Position numbers and translations under genes: made by a program. A DNA stretch of 64,000 nt from the human T2T-CHM13v2.0 reference genome, Homo sapiens. The stretch's first letter is position 1. Each line of letters begins with the position of its first letter. A model generated the notes under the pieces. It was not told the origin of the DNA, searched no databases, and worked only from the letters and a program-made list of their open reading frames with translations. The DNA lies in the NCBI RefSeq assembly GCF_009914755.1, contig NC_060938.1, one strand, 5' to 3'. This document shows, piece after piece, positions 41,811 through 57,760 of this stretch.

Positions 41811-44564
41811 GAGGTCAATAAGCTGTCTAACCCTATGCAGTGGCTCTGGATGGAGAAGAACACTCATGTAGATTATGTGATTTTGGTTGATGTTCTGGTT
41901 TAGGGGTTAGGTGGTAGGTTCTGGAACAATTCCATTTTTAAATGGTAAATGGTAAAAAGGTGTTTGAACTCATTACACTGAGGCAAGGCTCCCTGAGTTC
42001 TGTTTGAAGTGAAGTCTCACTCTTTGCTGGCTTTTGTGCTTCATACCAGTCTTTATGAAATGAAGAGTTACAGTACCATTCTCTCGATTGTCTGGTTGTG
42101 GAGTCATAATGGTTCATTTCCATTATTTTTTTACTACATAATTATAGGCAAAGTCTAAAAAGACTCTATCGAGTAAGGTGATACTTACCCCCTCAAATTT
42201 ATTTACAGAATTGGAGAGACCCTCCTTCCATCTTAACTTTATGATACTAACTTCTTACAATCTTTCATCTACTTTTCAACATATTTATTAGACACTTGCA
42301 ATGTACCAGGCCCTGTGCCATTCACTGGGAAAACACAGATGAACAGGAGCCATGTGCTCCCTGCCCACACTGAGCGTACATTCTGGTGGGGGTCAGCTCA
42401 AGGGCAGCAACATCAAAGGGCAAAGTACATTAGGGAGAAGTGTACCCAATCCAAAATATGCATCTCAGATAGAAAATAACTGAAGCCTAAATATCGAATA
42501 ACATTGCTTTCCTTCTTTGGAGATACAAGCTAGATTTTTTCTAGGTTTATCCCATTGTTTTTTAAATCATTATTAAAATTAATGTTTTAGAAATGAATTA
42601 TCCTATATTCCAGGTTTCAAGTTCTTTTTCTAATCTAGCATTCTGGAAAGGTGGCATTTGATTTTAATATTGTATGAATTTCACCAAATATTTTCCTCTT
42701 TGATTCAACTATTCCTAGAAAGCTATGACTCTTAGGGTAATGATCTTCAAATTCAAATTTTCTATGAATGGAGTATGGAGAGTTCTTAAAATAATGAAGA
42801 TAGTTTGTAGGTACTTAGGGTATAAAGATTTCAGATGACTATCACACAGTTCTAGACATAGAGTGCACCAAAAGTTTAGTTAGCATAAAGGCAACAAAGA
42901 CTCACATTAGCAGGGGCAGGGATAGGAGGTAGTAAGGAAATCTTCAACCAGGGAAACCAAAGCTGTTAATATGGCTCCTGAATTCAGTGTGTTCACCTGA
43001 CTCTTGCCTGAACTAGAACTGCCTTTCCAGAATGGTGGATTAGAGAAAGAACCTGAAACCTGGGATATAGGGTAATTGATTTCTAAAACATTAATTTTTC
43101 CACAAGCAAAAGATTTTGGAGCCCAAGATAAGAATCTATGCTTCAAATTAACTGCCTGTTTTTCCTGCCGTATTTAGTCATTGGAAGATATGACCCTCAG
43201 ACACTATCAATTATCATTTATTCAAGATAGAGTATAAAATTCAGACCTTAAGGTCTACAGAGCAATAATTCTCAACATTAGGGAGTTTTCAAAGCACTAA
43301 TGCCTAGGTTTTGCCGTCAGACATTCTGGATGTAGCAGGATCATGGGGATTTAAAACTCTCTCCAAGTGAGTCCAATACAGAGCAAAAGTCAAGAACTAC
43401 TGCTGTAAAATACATTATCAGTCTTCTTGTCCAATTGTCACGTTTTACATATGAAGGGAATGAAGCCCAACAAGAACACATGGCTTTTTTTTTTTAACGT
43501 GGCTGTTTTAATTTGATAGAGCTTCCTAGTGGCCAAGTCAAAGCTGAGACCTGGGTCCCCTGGTTCAGAACTCTTTCCCTGCCCTCTGCTGGGATTCATC
43601 ATGGCTGACTTACCAGCCATCACCAAGGTGTGAACATCCAACTCTGGCAAGTGCAGCTTGTTTCTTAGCCCTGAAGATTGCTTAGACTTCTTAGCTCAAT
43701 CTATTAAAGGCGCTAAACACAGAAGTTAAAATATCTTGATCCTGAAAAGAATGAGATCATGTGAGAGAAAGAAGGCAACTCAAAACTCGAGGCATAATCA
43801 GGAGAAGTTTCAGAGGACAATCACATCAAGAAACAGTGTTGTTAGTCCACGAGAACCTGACTTTACCAATGCTGCAAAGCCATTCGTGAGCTTCCAGATG
43901 AAGTCTGGTCGGCGATAACCTGACAAAAATGCTGGGATGATAAAACGTTATTCAAGTCAAAGAATTGGTATTGAACTTAGTTTACGTATATTGACTATTT
44001 TCCCTCAAAACATCTCACTCCTCCTCATGATTGGCCTCCTGGTCATGTTTAGAGAACTCTGCAAAGACTTCAAGAGATTTTCAAAAGAGGTCTTCTTCAA
44101 TCAGGAAGTGTTAGTGTGCTAAGTGGATCTCAGTGTAGGTCTAGCAGCTTATTATCTTATGACCAGCCATAAAATTAGACACAGAGTATCAAAGGAGTTT
44201 AGAGACATTTTCTATTGAAAGGATGGAAAAACGAACAAGTGAACAATAATTTCTCTTTGAGCTTCTCCTCAGCCTTTGTGATAAGAGAAGGGATGGGAGA
44301 GGGGGAGCTATGTTCCTTTAAACTATATTTCTTCAACTCTCTTTCCATAGTAAATTAATGGGTGTTACTTTTTAAAAGAAATTTATGATCTTATAAAGTT
44401 AAACAAGATATATAAGTGGACTTTTCAGATCTTCTAATAAAATCATCTGAATTATTCATATCAAAGAGGGGGCCTTAGTTTGCAGAGCTTCTCAAGCAGT
44501 TCTCAGTTACAGGAGCATCTCTCTGGTCTGGTGTTCTACAGACTTTTGAGGGGAATACCGCCTC

Positions 44565-45395
44565 TGATAGGTAGGAAAAAAATCAAGGTGTTTTTCTACC
44601 ATCACACACTCAATACAACAGTTTTGACACCAAATGTTTGGAGGCTTTTCCCCCACACAACAAGTAATCAATTCTCCAATGCACACCAGCTGGATGTCCT
44701 ACAATTTAACTCAGTTCTGATACTCTACCTGGAGATAGCATCAGATCCACAGGTTAAGGGCTCAGTCCCACAAGACTGCCTGCTACTTCAGATGCCAGTC
44801 ACAGCTCCCAGGTTGTGTCCTATGCTTCTGACTGACCAATTATAAATCAGGGTTCCCCCAGTCCCCTCCTCAGTTCAGTTAATTTGCTAAAGCAGCTCAC
44901 AGAACTCAGGGAGACACTTTAAAGGATATTGCAAAGGAGCAGCTGTGTGGCAAAGATGCATAGGGTGAGAGGTAGGAAGGAGTGCAGAGCTTCCATGCCC
45001 TCTCTGGGCACACACCCTCCCCTCAGCTCCACATGTGCCTTGACCACCTTCCAGCTACCTGGAAGCTCATCCAAACCCTCTCCTCTCTGGCTTTGTATGG
45101 AGGTTTCATTACATAGGCTTGATTTATTACATCACTGGCCATTGGTGATCATCTCAATCTTTTCAGCCCCTGTCTCCTACCTGAAGGTGAGAAGGTGGAG
45201 CTGAAAGTCCAACCCTCTAATTATTTATTGATCTTTCTGGTGACCAGCCCTCATCCTGAAGCTATCTAGGGATTGACAGTCACCAGTCATCTCATCAGCA
45301 TACAAAAGACACTTGTCACTCTGGAAATTCCAAGAGTTTTAGGAGCTGTGTGCCAGGAAACAGATAAGACCAAATACATATTTCACAATATTACA
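44565..45395 (-). mobile_element. MER21-family LTR
   Basis: ctacctggagatagcatcagatccacaggttaagggctcagtcccacaagactgcc hallmark. Confidence 0.8.
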
Positions 45396-45547
45396 CTACT
45401 GAAGAAGAATCTTTCGATATACCATCTGCTTGGGAAGCAGGTAAATTTAAGAAGGTTTATTCAAGAGATAGCTGTGGAGATTCTAAGAACTAGTAAAGAT
45501 TTCAAATGATCAGATGGCCTTCTGAAATTAACCCTATGGAAAAAGTA

Positions 45548-46562
<1,015 letters not shown>

Positions 46563-46753
46563 TCAATTCACTGGTGCCATGACTTACTGTCTAACTATCC
46601 CTTGAAACATAGGAAAGAAATCAGTGTACTATTTCACAATACTTTCTTGACATTTTTATGTTAAGTATTAAAGTTATTTGGAAGAGTTTAACAAATGTGG
46701 AAACTATTTCTTTGTTAAGAATCTTTTGTGTCTTGGTTTCTAAAAGTCTAGAT

Positions 46754-46977
46754 CAGGGGTCAGCAAACTTTTTCTGGGAAAAGCCCAGATAGCAAATATT
46801 TGGGGCCTTATGGGACATATGGTCTTAGTTGCACTACTTAAGTCTGCCTTTGTAGTGTGAAAGCAGCCATAGACAATATATAAACAAATGAGCATGGTTA
46901 TGTTCCAATAAAACTTTATTTACAAAAACAAGGGCAAGGTAGGATTTGACTGGAGGGTCATAGTTTGTAGACCTCTG
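46754..46977. mobile_element. MER58A
   Basis: CAGGGGTCAGCAAAC...gtttgtagacctctg termini. Confidence 0.8.
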
Positions 46978-49900
46978 GATAAAAGTATTCAGTGAGGATG
47001 ACCATTGTGTGGCGAAATATGTACTCTGTTTCTCTGAATTTCTGGTAAAGGTTAAAGGGCAAGCGTGGGATCAAGATAAAAAGTATCTGGATTAAAATAT
47101 TTGGCGTTAGAAAGTACAGATCCAATCATAATAGAAAACAAATTTTTTTAATCAGTATTTTGAATCCAAGCTGGAAACTGCTCCTGTTATAAAACAATGC
47201 TCCATCATTCTACCCTAAGTTTCTGACTCCTAGTCAATAGAAATTTATTCTTTCCTAGATTTAAGCACTTCAGTAAAAGGTATCATGTAAATCCAGTGTA
47301 AAATCAAAATGATGGTTGTGATAAGGAGCCCTGGGACTGGAGGAAGACAAGGATTGAGCTATAGGTGAAGGAAAGAAAGGTCAAGGTTCCATGGTAATAA
47401 TAAAATAGTATTCACATTGTGTTTTTAACATAGGGATGTTGCTTTTGGTGTCAATGCTAATTAAGATTTTAAACTAAGGCAAACACATCAATCTCCTGTA
47501 ATTATCTTAATAGTGTTCAAGGATTTCACATGGCATGTTAGCAATTTGATAATTTCTCCAGAAGTTTGTCCAGGTATCATTAGGTTCTCATTTAAACAAT
47601 GTGTCATCCAAAAGAGCAATCATCCCCTATCATTCCACTTCATGACAATTTACTGAAATTAGCAGATCGACCTCATTTACACTCATTTTTTAAAATGTAA
47701 CTGAATAATACAATTACAGCCAAGCTGGACAAATTCCACATCGAGTGCAAGTGCTGATGCCTCAGCAGCAGTCAAGCAATTAGTTAGGATTTCATGAAAA
47801 TGATGGCAGATGTGTAAAAGCACATTGTCCTATGACTTCCTATGGCGCCAAGAATGTTGTCATCACTCAGAGGTGAAATTAATAATAATACAAGCATCCC
47901 TTGCTCAACAGAAGTTGAACTGTACTTGGTCACAAGTTAAGTCACACATTCATTGTTTGGAATTTCTTTTCCATCCTCTTTCCACGCAATCTGCGTGGGG
48001 ATATGTTGCTTCTCACAGAACGTCTGATTCTCTGTATCACATTTCCTATTGTCAAACTCTAGTAACTAGCTACTATCTGACAGTAAACATTTAGGCAGGA
48101 ATAAAAATACCATTTTGATATGCTAAGAGCCCACCAATACACTAATTATTATGAACAGAGTCAACAGAATTAATGTGCTAATTAGCATCATGCATTAGCT
48201 GATTCGAAGTAAAACACCACATCTTGGCACACTGGGAAAAGACAATGATAGAGAATATTATAGGATTAAGAAGGCTATTATTTATCATGGGGTAAGTATT
48301 TGAACAGCTTGTAGGATATACTCTAAGGCTGACTTTTCCCTCTGCCTATTGAGAGCTTGAGTATTTTCTCACAGGTTACTATTTACAAACAGCTGTCCTG
48401 ATTTCTGCTACAAAAGGATTTCCATAGAGCAATCCAGCTTCTCTTTAAACTAACATGAGAGGTAGGCAGGGGGTCCCTTTAATTTTCTGAATTAGCAACG
48501 CTGTGGGAGGAAAACATGGTTCCCCACAGAAGTGTTCCCATGAGAGTCTCACAACATAATCAAGGCCCAGCCCAAGTTCCCCATAAAGGGACTGTGGAGG
48601 CACAGGCTGAAATTCCATCTTGGAGCTGCAATGTATCCTAAAACTCCCCAGAGAGCCAAGTTCAGCAGCAATAGCAAATTCTCTTGCCACGACATCACAC
48701 TCCTCTCTCTGGCATAGATCACGTCTTTCTAAACCTGGTATAGAGGGTGCCTCTTTCTAGGAGTCACCCAACAATCAGGCTTTCATTCCTTCCTCCAGCA
48801 AGTCTTTACTGAATGGCCGCTATGTGCCACGAGTGAGTCCAACAGAAAAGGGCGTACATAAACACACATATAGTACACATAATACTGAGTTTGTCAATCG
48901 AATATTTTCCTCAGCTCATTCCTCACCACCTTCATTTTCCTGACTGCATTGGTCTTCCTTAACTGTGAACTATTCACAATCTTAAATCAGGGCAGGGCTT
49001 CTTAACTCCATGTATGGAAATCTGACATCTCTTTTCTCAGAAGAACTTCATTTCTTCCAACAGGTTCTCAAAGAGGAATAAGACCCCAAGCGGTGAAAAG
49101 CTGTTGAACACATAGAGATGTAGCCATGTCTATCTTATTTTTAAAGGAAATACCAGTTCTTTTCTCATAAGCCCTTTCCAGCATAGATATTTAGAAACCC
49201 TGACTTTCAAAAAGTATTTCCTTTCGTCTCTTACTACAAGCCTTTTGAGTCTCTTTTAAGCTACTTTATGTTCATCTTCTCCTTGCAAGGGATAGTTTTT
49301 ATCACTCCTCTCTAAAATAATCATTTTCTAGAGTAGGTTAACCAGATAGCCTACCAAGATTTGTGACTGATTTATCCAAGCTGGTTACAAATGTGGATTT
49401 CAGAAGAATCAAGGTAAGTCATGGTCAAGGAATCAGTTTAACTAGACTGATAATCCCAGGAAATGTCATGTGATAAATGAGGTTGATGGAAGCACTTTCC
49501 TGGATATCAAGGCTTCTGTATATGTATTTTCCCTCCCCACTGTCTTGACTTCAGATGGAAGGCAAGAGCAGCAAGCTGATGCAAGGTTGAAAAGCTAAAT
49601 GAGGCAGCCCTCAAATCTGCTGAAGGCAGAGTGATGGTTTCACTTTTAAGCATCTAATTAACTCTAAGAGGTAAAGTACCCCAACAGCAGTGCTGGTTTT
49701 AGAGAACACAGTCTCCTGAAGTGTCAGTTCATCTCCGTTCATCTTGGCCAGGGCTCCTCTGCATCCTCCTCCTCCCCTCCTGGACTCTGGCTGGCTTTTC
49801 CAGTCTGAAGTCTTCTGCAGAGTTTCTGGTAAACTGCAATGCTTATCAACCAGGCTCCTTATCCTCAGGAGTATATTAAATATCAGATGAAAACACTGCA

Positions 49901-50855
49901 GAATTGGACAAGCAATAATTTAGTTTTACAATAATTTCTAATGATTAGAAAGAACAAGCTGAATTTCACTTGCAGCAGTTAGAGATGAAGAGGAAAAACT
50001 GAGATGAGTTCACCGGCTCTTACTTGATTTTCAACAGCCTGGGAACAGAATGTGATCTGCAAGCTGCATTGTCCAGAGAATACAAAAAGAGATGCAAGCC
50101 AGTGCAGCCCTTGTACTGAACTTAGTTGTCTTTTTACAAAATCATGCTGTTCAATATCTTCTCTGCAGTTGTTTTTTTTTCTCAAGGTGGATTTTGCCCA
50201 CTCTGGGTGTCACTGACCAAAGGAATTCCATGGACATAGTGGGTTAAAGGAGAGTCCAACAATGATCAAGTGGGGATTGTGATTGAAGCCACTGGGAAGG
50301 CACAGATTGGCTGCTTTAGCATCTTAGCCAGGTCTCTGAATGCATTTGAGATTTATTGACTCTCCCTTTGTCATACTTAACAATGCCCTGAATACTGGGT
50401 GTTCAGCCACTACCAGAAGATGCCAAGTTTGGGCTATACCCTTGAGGTGTTTGTAAACCAGATGCCTCAAAAATCACTACCTCAACAAGAACAGTTGGTC
50501 AAATGCCACCACACCATAAGCCAAGTCTTCTATTTTTTCACTCTTTATGATTTTTTCTTTAAAGCAATCGTCTGTGTCACCCTAAGAGTTTAACACTGCC
50601 CACTTTACTGTCTTGATGAAAAAGTATGTTGATTTATTTTCTACTCATTCACATATTCATCCAACAAATAGTTACAGAGATGGTGAACTTGGCACTGGGT
50701 AGACATAGAACTTTCATTCTGGCTGGGGAGACAAACAATAAAGTAAACAAATAAATAAACAAGGTAATAATTATGGATTGTGATAATGCTGTGAAAGAAA
50801 TAGAGAGTGCATGGAGGCAAAATGGTAATGGCTACTTTAGATTAGCTAGTTCTCA

Positions 50856-51173
<318 letters not shown>

Positions 51174-51923
51174 AAGAAGAAAATTGAAAGACCCAAAAAT
51201 ATATACCAATTTATGACATGTCATTTTGTGGAGTCTCAGCACTTACTCGTCATTTAGTGATTCCCTCATCCTGCCCAGAAAGGAGAGATTTCTTCAGCAC
51301 TGGTGACTGGTAAAACTCTTCTTCCTCCCACGGTTTCAACGAAGACTCATGCCTGGGTCCAGTTAACCAGGAGGGAAGTTTCTCTGTGAGGGCTCTGGAG
51401 AAGAAATCCTTCCGACTGAAGGCTTAATATTATTATTAACCATTACCCTTAAAAATGTTCCACCATGAAGAGCAAACCCCGTAAGCAGAATAATGGAAGC
51501 ATTAGCCATATCTAAGCAGACCTTCTGAGGGTCTCTGCTATATTCTTTTGCATCAACAGGTGGCCACTCACTAATGTTTAAGTGGACCAGGTTATGTTGT
51601 GAGTTATTCTAAATGTGTAAATTGGGAGCATTTGTAACAAGGATATATATATGTGCTATGCTTCTTTTTAGATAATTTTGTTGTGTAATAAAGTTATGGG
51701 GAAACAGCCAGTTTCAAAATCCTTGGAAGCTTTTATCCATTTGGAGGGAATTTTATTTCAAAATCACTTTGTAACTTAAATTGCTCCAAAAACATTTTAC
51801 CCTCTAATGCCCAGTGTGTTTTTAAAATGGAATGGCCAATGTGCCCACCAAACCTCTTCCATGGAAGGTTGATGAGATTACTCTGTAATCTCATCTGGCT
51901 AAACACTCCTCACACACACACTA

Positions 51924-52112
51924 TTGGGTTGTCAGATCAAATACAGGCCACCCAATACAATTTGAATTTCAGATCAACAACAGACAACTTTTAATATAAA
52001 TATTTTTTAAATTGCATGGTGAATATTTTTACTAAAAAATTATTCATTGTTTATCTGAAACTCAAATTTAACTGGCATCTTGTATTTTTATTTGCTAAAT
52101 CTGACAACTTTA
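51924..52112. mobile_element. MER53 palindromic hAT MITE
   Basis: gggttgtcagat...atctgacaac ends; arms aatttgaatttcagat / atctgaaactcaaattt. Confidence 0.82.
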
Positions 52113-52542
52113 CCCAAAGAAAACATCTGAATCTCTGACAGTCCTCAGCATCACTCACCACCCTCACCATCTTCATTCCATTCCTAATTTAAGCCTAGTC
52201 TTCAAAGTTAAATTGGAATATAAATTAATACTAACAAACAAAATTTGGTATTACAGAGGATTGGCATTAAAGAGAATTAAAAAATACAGTTGCCACTGAC
52301 CTGAAAAATAGGGAATTAAAACAACTTTTAAGAAATTTAGGTATGCAAACTAGATCATAAACATGCTCATTTTCAAAAACTTCTGCCATAATTAATGTGT
52401 AAAACTTTATACAATTGAAACCTAGAATGTTTTAAGTGCTCAAGCCAGAAGAAGATAAAGTATCTTCTAAATTCTTGAAATCAGTCAATACTATGGTCAC
52501 ATTTTATTCTGATATTTGTACTAATTTGATGTGATTTCTTAA

Positions 52543-52671
<129 letters not shown>

Positions 52672-52780
52672 TGAGTAAGACATACAAAAGAATATTTTAG
52701 TCTTTTTTTTTCTTTTTTTTTTTTTCTTTTTACTTTTTTGGAATAAATGGAGACATTAAGGGGAGAATCTTATGTTCAAG

Positions 52781-52913
52781 GGTAGAAAATGTTGCTGTCT
52801 CGGGTAAAGGCTTCTGCAAGTCCCTCTTTTCCTGGCTGTATAGGCTGCCTCTTGGAAGAAAGTCCTTGTCCTTTGAGACTCAGAAGGCCCCAAGCTCCAG
52901 TATGCCATCATGA
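52781..52913 (+). CDS. TSHR: Longer form of the same terminal exon (upstream acceptor, +21 aa VENVAVSGKGFCKSLFSWLYR; 274-aa isoform)
   Basis: gttcaag|GGTAGAA acceptor exactly 63 nt upstream, open and in frame with the 52844 exon. Confidence 0.8.
52844..52913 (+). CDS. TSHR: Alternative terminal exon of the short TSHR isoform (ST4-type, 253 aa), tail LPLGRKSLSFETQKAPSSSMPS*
   Basis: gtatag|GCTGCCT acceptor, in frame with exon 8, TGA at 52911-52913; matches my recollection of the short-isoform C-terminus. Confidence 0.9.
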
Positions 52914-53148
52914 TGCCTGCTAAGGCAGCCACCTTGGTGTACATGCTCACAGAGGCTCTGTTCATGGAGCAGCTGCTGTTTGAAAAATTTTGAAATGCAA
53001 GATCCACAACTAGATGGAAGGCACTCTAGTCTTTGCAGAAAAAAATGTACCTGAATGTACATTGCACAATGCCTGGCACAAAGAAGGAAGAATATAAATG
53101 ATAGTTCGACTCGTCTGTGGAAGAACTTACAATCATGGGGAAAGATGG

Positions 53149-53154
53149 AATAAA
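53149..53154 (+). terminator. AATAAA poly(A) signal for the short isoforms
   Basis: First canonical hexamer downstream of the TGA at 52911-52913, followed by U-rich sequence. Confidence 0.65.
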
Positions 53155-53359
53155 AACATTTTTTAAACAGCATGAAAACATACCTATTTGTGCATTTCCT
53201 TTGATTTACACCCCCACATCCAATCAGTGATCAGGTTCTATTGATTCTGCTTCCCTGAAGCCTCTGTATCATTGCCACCTTCCTCATTCCCTTGGTTTTG
53301 CCTCAGCTTAGAATCTCATCATTGAGCATCCACTCTAGTCCTTGCCAAAGTGGATCACA

Positions 53360-53721
<362 letters not shown>

Positions 53722-54414
53722 TTAGGGGCGAGAGGAAATATTAGAGGTTCTATTTATACTTATTTTTAAATAAGAACAAATTAAGTTTTATTAATCTTTT
53801 ATTTATAGATAGCCACTGTCCCTCAGGTGTCAGGTAGGGGTGGATGCCTCCTAGAGAAGGGTGAGTGATCCACAGTCCTGAGCACTGGATACCTTCACTC
53901 TTTCACCTTTAACAATGTTATTTCACTTTCAGACTGAATGCACCCAGTGCATTTAAGGTCCTGTTCTCTTAACACATACGCTCCATCCAAATAAGAGGTC
54001 AGAGTGATCTTGAAAATCTGCTGTGCTACGTGGGGGTTCACTGTTAATTCATGGCAAAGTACTTAAAATTATTATGCATTTTTCTTTTTACAAGAAGACA
54101 AGTGGGGAAAAAATGTATTAACCTTTTCTGTGATAAAGTCCCTGTCAGTAATTTTTAACCTGGAAGATATTTTTCAATAACACTTTTATATCTGCTTCTT
54201 CAAGATTAAGGTACTACTTCACCAAGTAATAAGAAAAGTCATTGCTTTTTCAAAGAAATGTATGCTTTAGAGAAAGGCTTTAGAAACAGGTATTTGGAAA
54301 TATTCACATATTATACGATTTTCCTGATAAAAAATTGTCAATGCCATAAAAATTCTGTTTGGTTCAAATCAGAAATAGAATTTTAACTTGTTTTTAAATC
54401 TTTCAAATTAAGTT

Positions 54415-54825
54415 TGTTATGAACTAAATTGTATCTGTCTTCCTAAATTCAAATGCTGAAGCCTTAACCTCTAGCATCTTAGTATGTGACTGTATTTGAA
54501 GATAGGGTCTGTAAAGAGGTAATTAAATTAAAATAAGGCTGTTAGGTGAGCCCTAATCCAATCTGACAGGTGGCCTCATAAGACAAGGAGATTGGGATAC
54601 ACAGAGAGACACCAGGGATGGGCGCTCACAGAGGAAAGGCCACGTGAGGCCACAGCAAGAAGGTGGCCATCTGCAAGCCAGGGAGAGAGGCCTCAGGAGA
54701 AGCCAAACTTGCTGACACTTTGATCTTGGACTTGCAGCCTCCAGAACTGTAAGAAAATACATTTCTGTTGTTTAAACCAGCCAATCTGTGGTATTTTGTT
54801 ACCATAGCTCTAGCAAAGTAATACA
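54415..54825 (+). mobile_element. MLT1A/B solo LTR
   Basis: tgttatg...taataca, TSD aagtt/gagtt. Confidence 0.85.
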
Positions 54826-56919
54826 GAGTTGTAGCAGGTTTAAAATCCATGTGTATAAAATGTGAAAATGAAACACCTCCAGATCACCTTGCAAAAACAA
54901 CTGATTGACATCAGAAAATATAAAATTTCATTAAAAACATGTATTTAATTACTGAATTAGATTGAAAAATGAGAATCTTAGTTTAATAAATGCAGTTAAG
55001 CCTGCTCTATTCTTGGTGAAACCCCCATCTTTGGTAATTTTTTCAACTAGGACGGCCATTTAAACCAAAATCAAAATAAACTGAACCAAAAGCAGACTTT
55101 GAACAGCCATAGCCAAAAGGGTTAAAAATAATTTTCAAAACTAATTAAGCATATTTGATAACATTGCTTTTGCTTTTATGAAACTTTAAAAAATATATAT
55201 TACTTATCTTCATTGCATTATTTTAAAATGTATGTTTAGTGTGTTATGGTATATATTATATAGTATTACAAAAATACATGTATAGGGTTCATGACTGTTC
55301 ATATGTTAGTGGTACATACTCAGATATTTTCTACTTATTAATATGTGAGATTGAAAGAATTTGAAGACCAATAGTGTAGACCAGAACCACTCAAAGTGAG
55401 TTCATTACAAGGTAAGTGGCTGTCCAGGATATACAGCAAAGCACAGCTTCTTTTTTGGAGAAAATCTTGTCATGAAAATAAAGTCAACCAAACTCAACAG
55501 TGTGTTTAGTTGAAGTAGCTGGCTTACATCCAGCATACGCTTCTTATCCTTGGAATGGTAAGAAGCTATTGGCCAATGGGCACCATACGTTGAGTAGCAG
55601 TAGTCTAGATGATTAGCGTCTCCAAATCTGGCTCCTGCCTTTATTTAGTCTTGGTTCCTCTCAAATCCACCCTCCCCAAACCTCTTTGGGTTCACATGCA
55701 AATAGAATCTTAAACCCAACACTGGCCTCCCATTCCCCTCAGGATAGAGGTCTTGGTGTGGCTTGCAAGGCATTGCCATAATCTTCAGCTTTGTCTTTTA
55801 CACTACTTTACGCCTCTGATCAATGGTCCATCCATATCGAACCTCTTAGCTCCCTTAATTCTCCAACCTACTTACACTGTTATGCTAAACTCTTACTCTT
55901 CCTACTGTCTGGAAAACCCTGCTATAATCTTGTCTTTCTGATGAGCACCTGCTGGCATTTTAATTCTGCCTTAGAGGGCAGAATTGTATTTCCACAATTC
56001 TGGTTCATATTATAATGCCCAAAACACAGTATGAGCTTAATAAATATTTGTGAAATTAATATGGTACCCAATAAATAATTAAAGCACTCTTCTGTAAACA
56101 CTATAGCACTTAAAGAGCAATCATATCTTAAAGATATTTTAGTCTGTTGTCCTCAAGGGAATGTGTCCATTTCTACTTCTTTGGAAGTGGTCAGTTAAAC
56201 TACCTGCTTGTACTGCCTCGAAGTTGTTTTTTATATTTATGGCAAGATTTTCTACAAGACTCTCCCACCAAGTTAAGAGGATTTGTGAAACTGCCTGAAA
56301 ATGCTTTCCCTGCCTCTTGGTGGCATTCCAGGTTGTGGAAAGTGACAAAGATGAGGAGTTATACCTGGAGTTGACTCCCAGCCCCATCACTTACTAACTG
56401 TAAGACCCAAGTCTCAGTTTTCTCATCTGTCAAAACAGGATAAAGTAAGCTAATAAAGTTTAAATAAGATAATAAAGGAACTAAATATATCCTCAATAAT
56501 GTTAGACATTATTATGATTATTTTCACTTCTTCCTGAACTTTGACACTTCATTATTCTGATCTGTTGTAACCTCTCTGATCACTCCTTCCTCATTTCTCT
56601 CCTTAGCTCACTGCATCATTCCTCAAAATGGGGTTCCATCCTGGGTCCTGGCTCTTTTTCCTCTATATCTTCTCCTTTGGTTAAATCATCTGCTCACAAG
56701 TATCATGAGAATGTGAATGATTTCTAAGTTTAGGGCCTCATACCTTAGCTCTTATTTGGCCATTCACCCAGCTGAAATTCTTTTCTTGCTCCCTCTCATT
56801 CCTATCCAATCCCATCAATCTGGTTAAACTCTCCCTAGCCAGCCTTTGAAAATGTACAATAAGCATTTACTGATGAGAACTTGCTAAGCTTGGGATTCTT
56901 CACTGGGAACTACCAGTAG

Positions 56920-57760
56920 GGGAGGGTCACTACATTAAAGAACAGTGAGTGAAAAGCCTCATCAAGAAGGTGGCAATTCAGAAAATATCTGAAAGAAACA
57001 AAGGGACAAGCCTGGGGACAATCTGAAGAAAGAGCATTTTAGACAAGTGCAAAGACCCCCAGGTGAGAATATACCTGGCACGTTTGAGGAATAGCAAGGA
57101 GGCCATTGCCGCTCAAACAGAGTAAAGTAAACGGGGGAAAAAGTAAAAGCTGTGATCAAAAAGATGATAGGGTTGAGGAGCAACTTGCAGATGGTCTTAG
57201 AGGCCATCATCAGGTCTTTTGATTTGCTCTTTAGATAGAGGGGAAGCCATAGGAGCATTTTGAGCATAGGTGTGTCACAGTCTGACTCAAAGTTTCACAG
57301 GAACATGCCGGCTGTTGTGTTGAAAATAAACTGTAGGGAACCAAGTATGGAAGCAAGAAGACCACTTAGGAATATGCCAAAATAATATAGGCATGAGATG
57401 AAAGTAGTTTGCACTAAGACAGCAGCAGTAGAGATGATGAGAAATAATCTGATCCTGACTATATTTTTTAAGGTAAAGCCAACAGGACATGCTGATGGAT
57501 CGGATATAGCAGATGATGAGAGAAACGAAGGAATCAAGGAGAACTGTAATTATTTTTGACTGAGCAGTTAGGAGAATGAGATCACTATTTCCTGAGATAG
57601 GGGAAGTTAGTTTGAGGTCCCATGATGCATGCAGGCAGGCAGTGATATATGTGGGTTCAAAAGTCACAATAGGGGTCAGGGCTAGAGATATATTTGAGAC
57701 TCTTTGGAATGTAGCTGGTGATGAGGGGATACAGGTATAGAAGAAATCTCAAAAAATGAA
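56920..57760 (-). mobile_element. L2 fragment
   Basis: tttgaggaatagcaaggaggcc and gggaagccataggagcattttgagca motifs. Confidence 0.7.

Noticed and set aside
42181-42189. ATACTTACC, identical to the U1 snRNA 5' end
   Set aside because: Only 9 nt match and the following sequence is not U1; at most an antisense donor-like motif.
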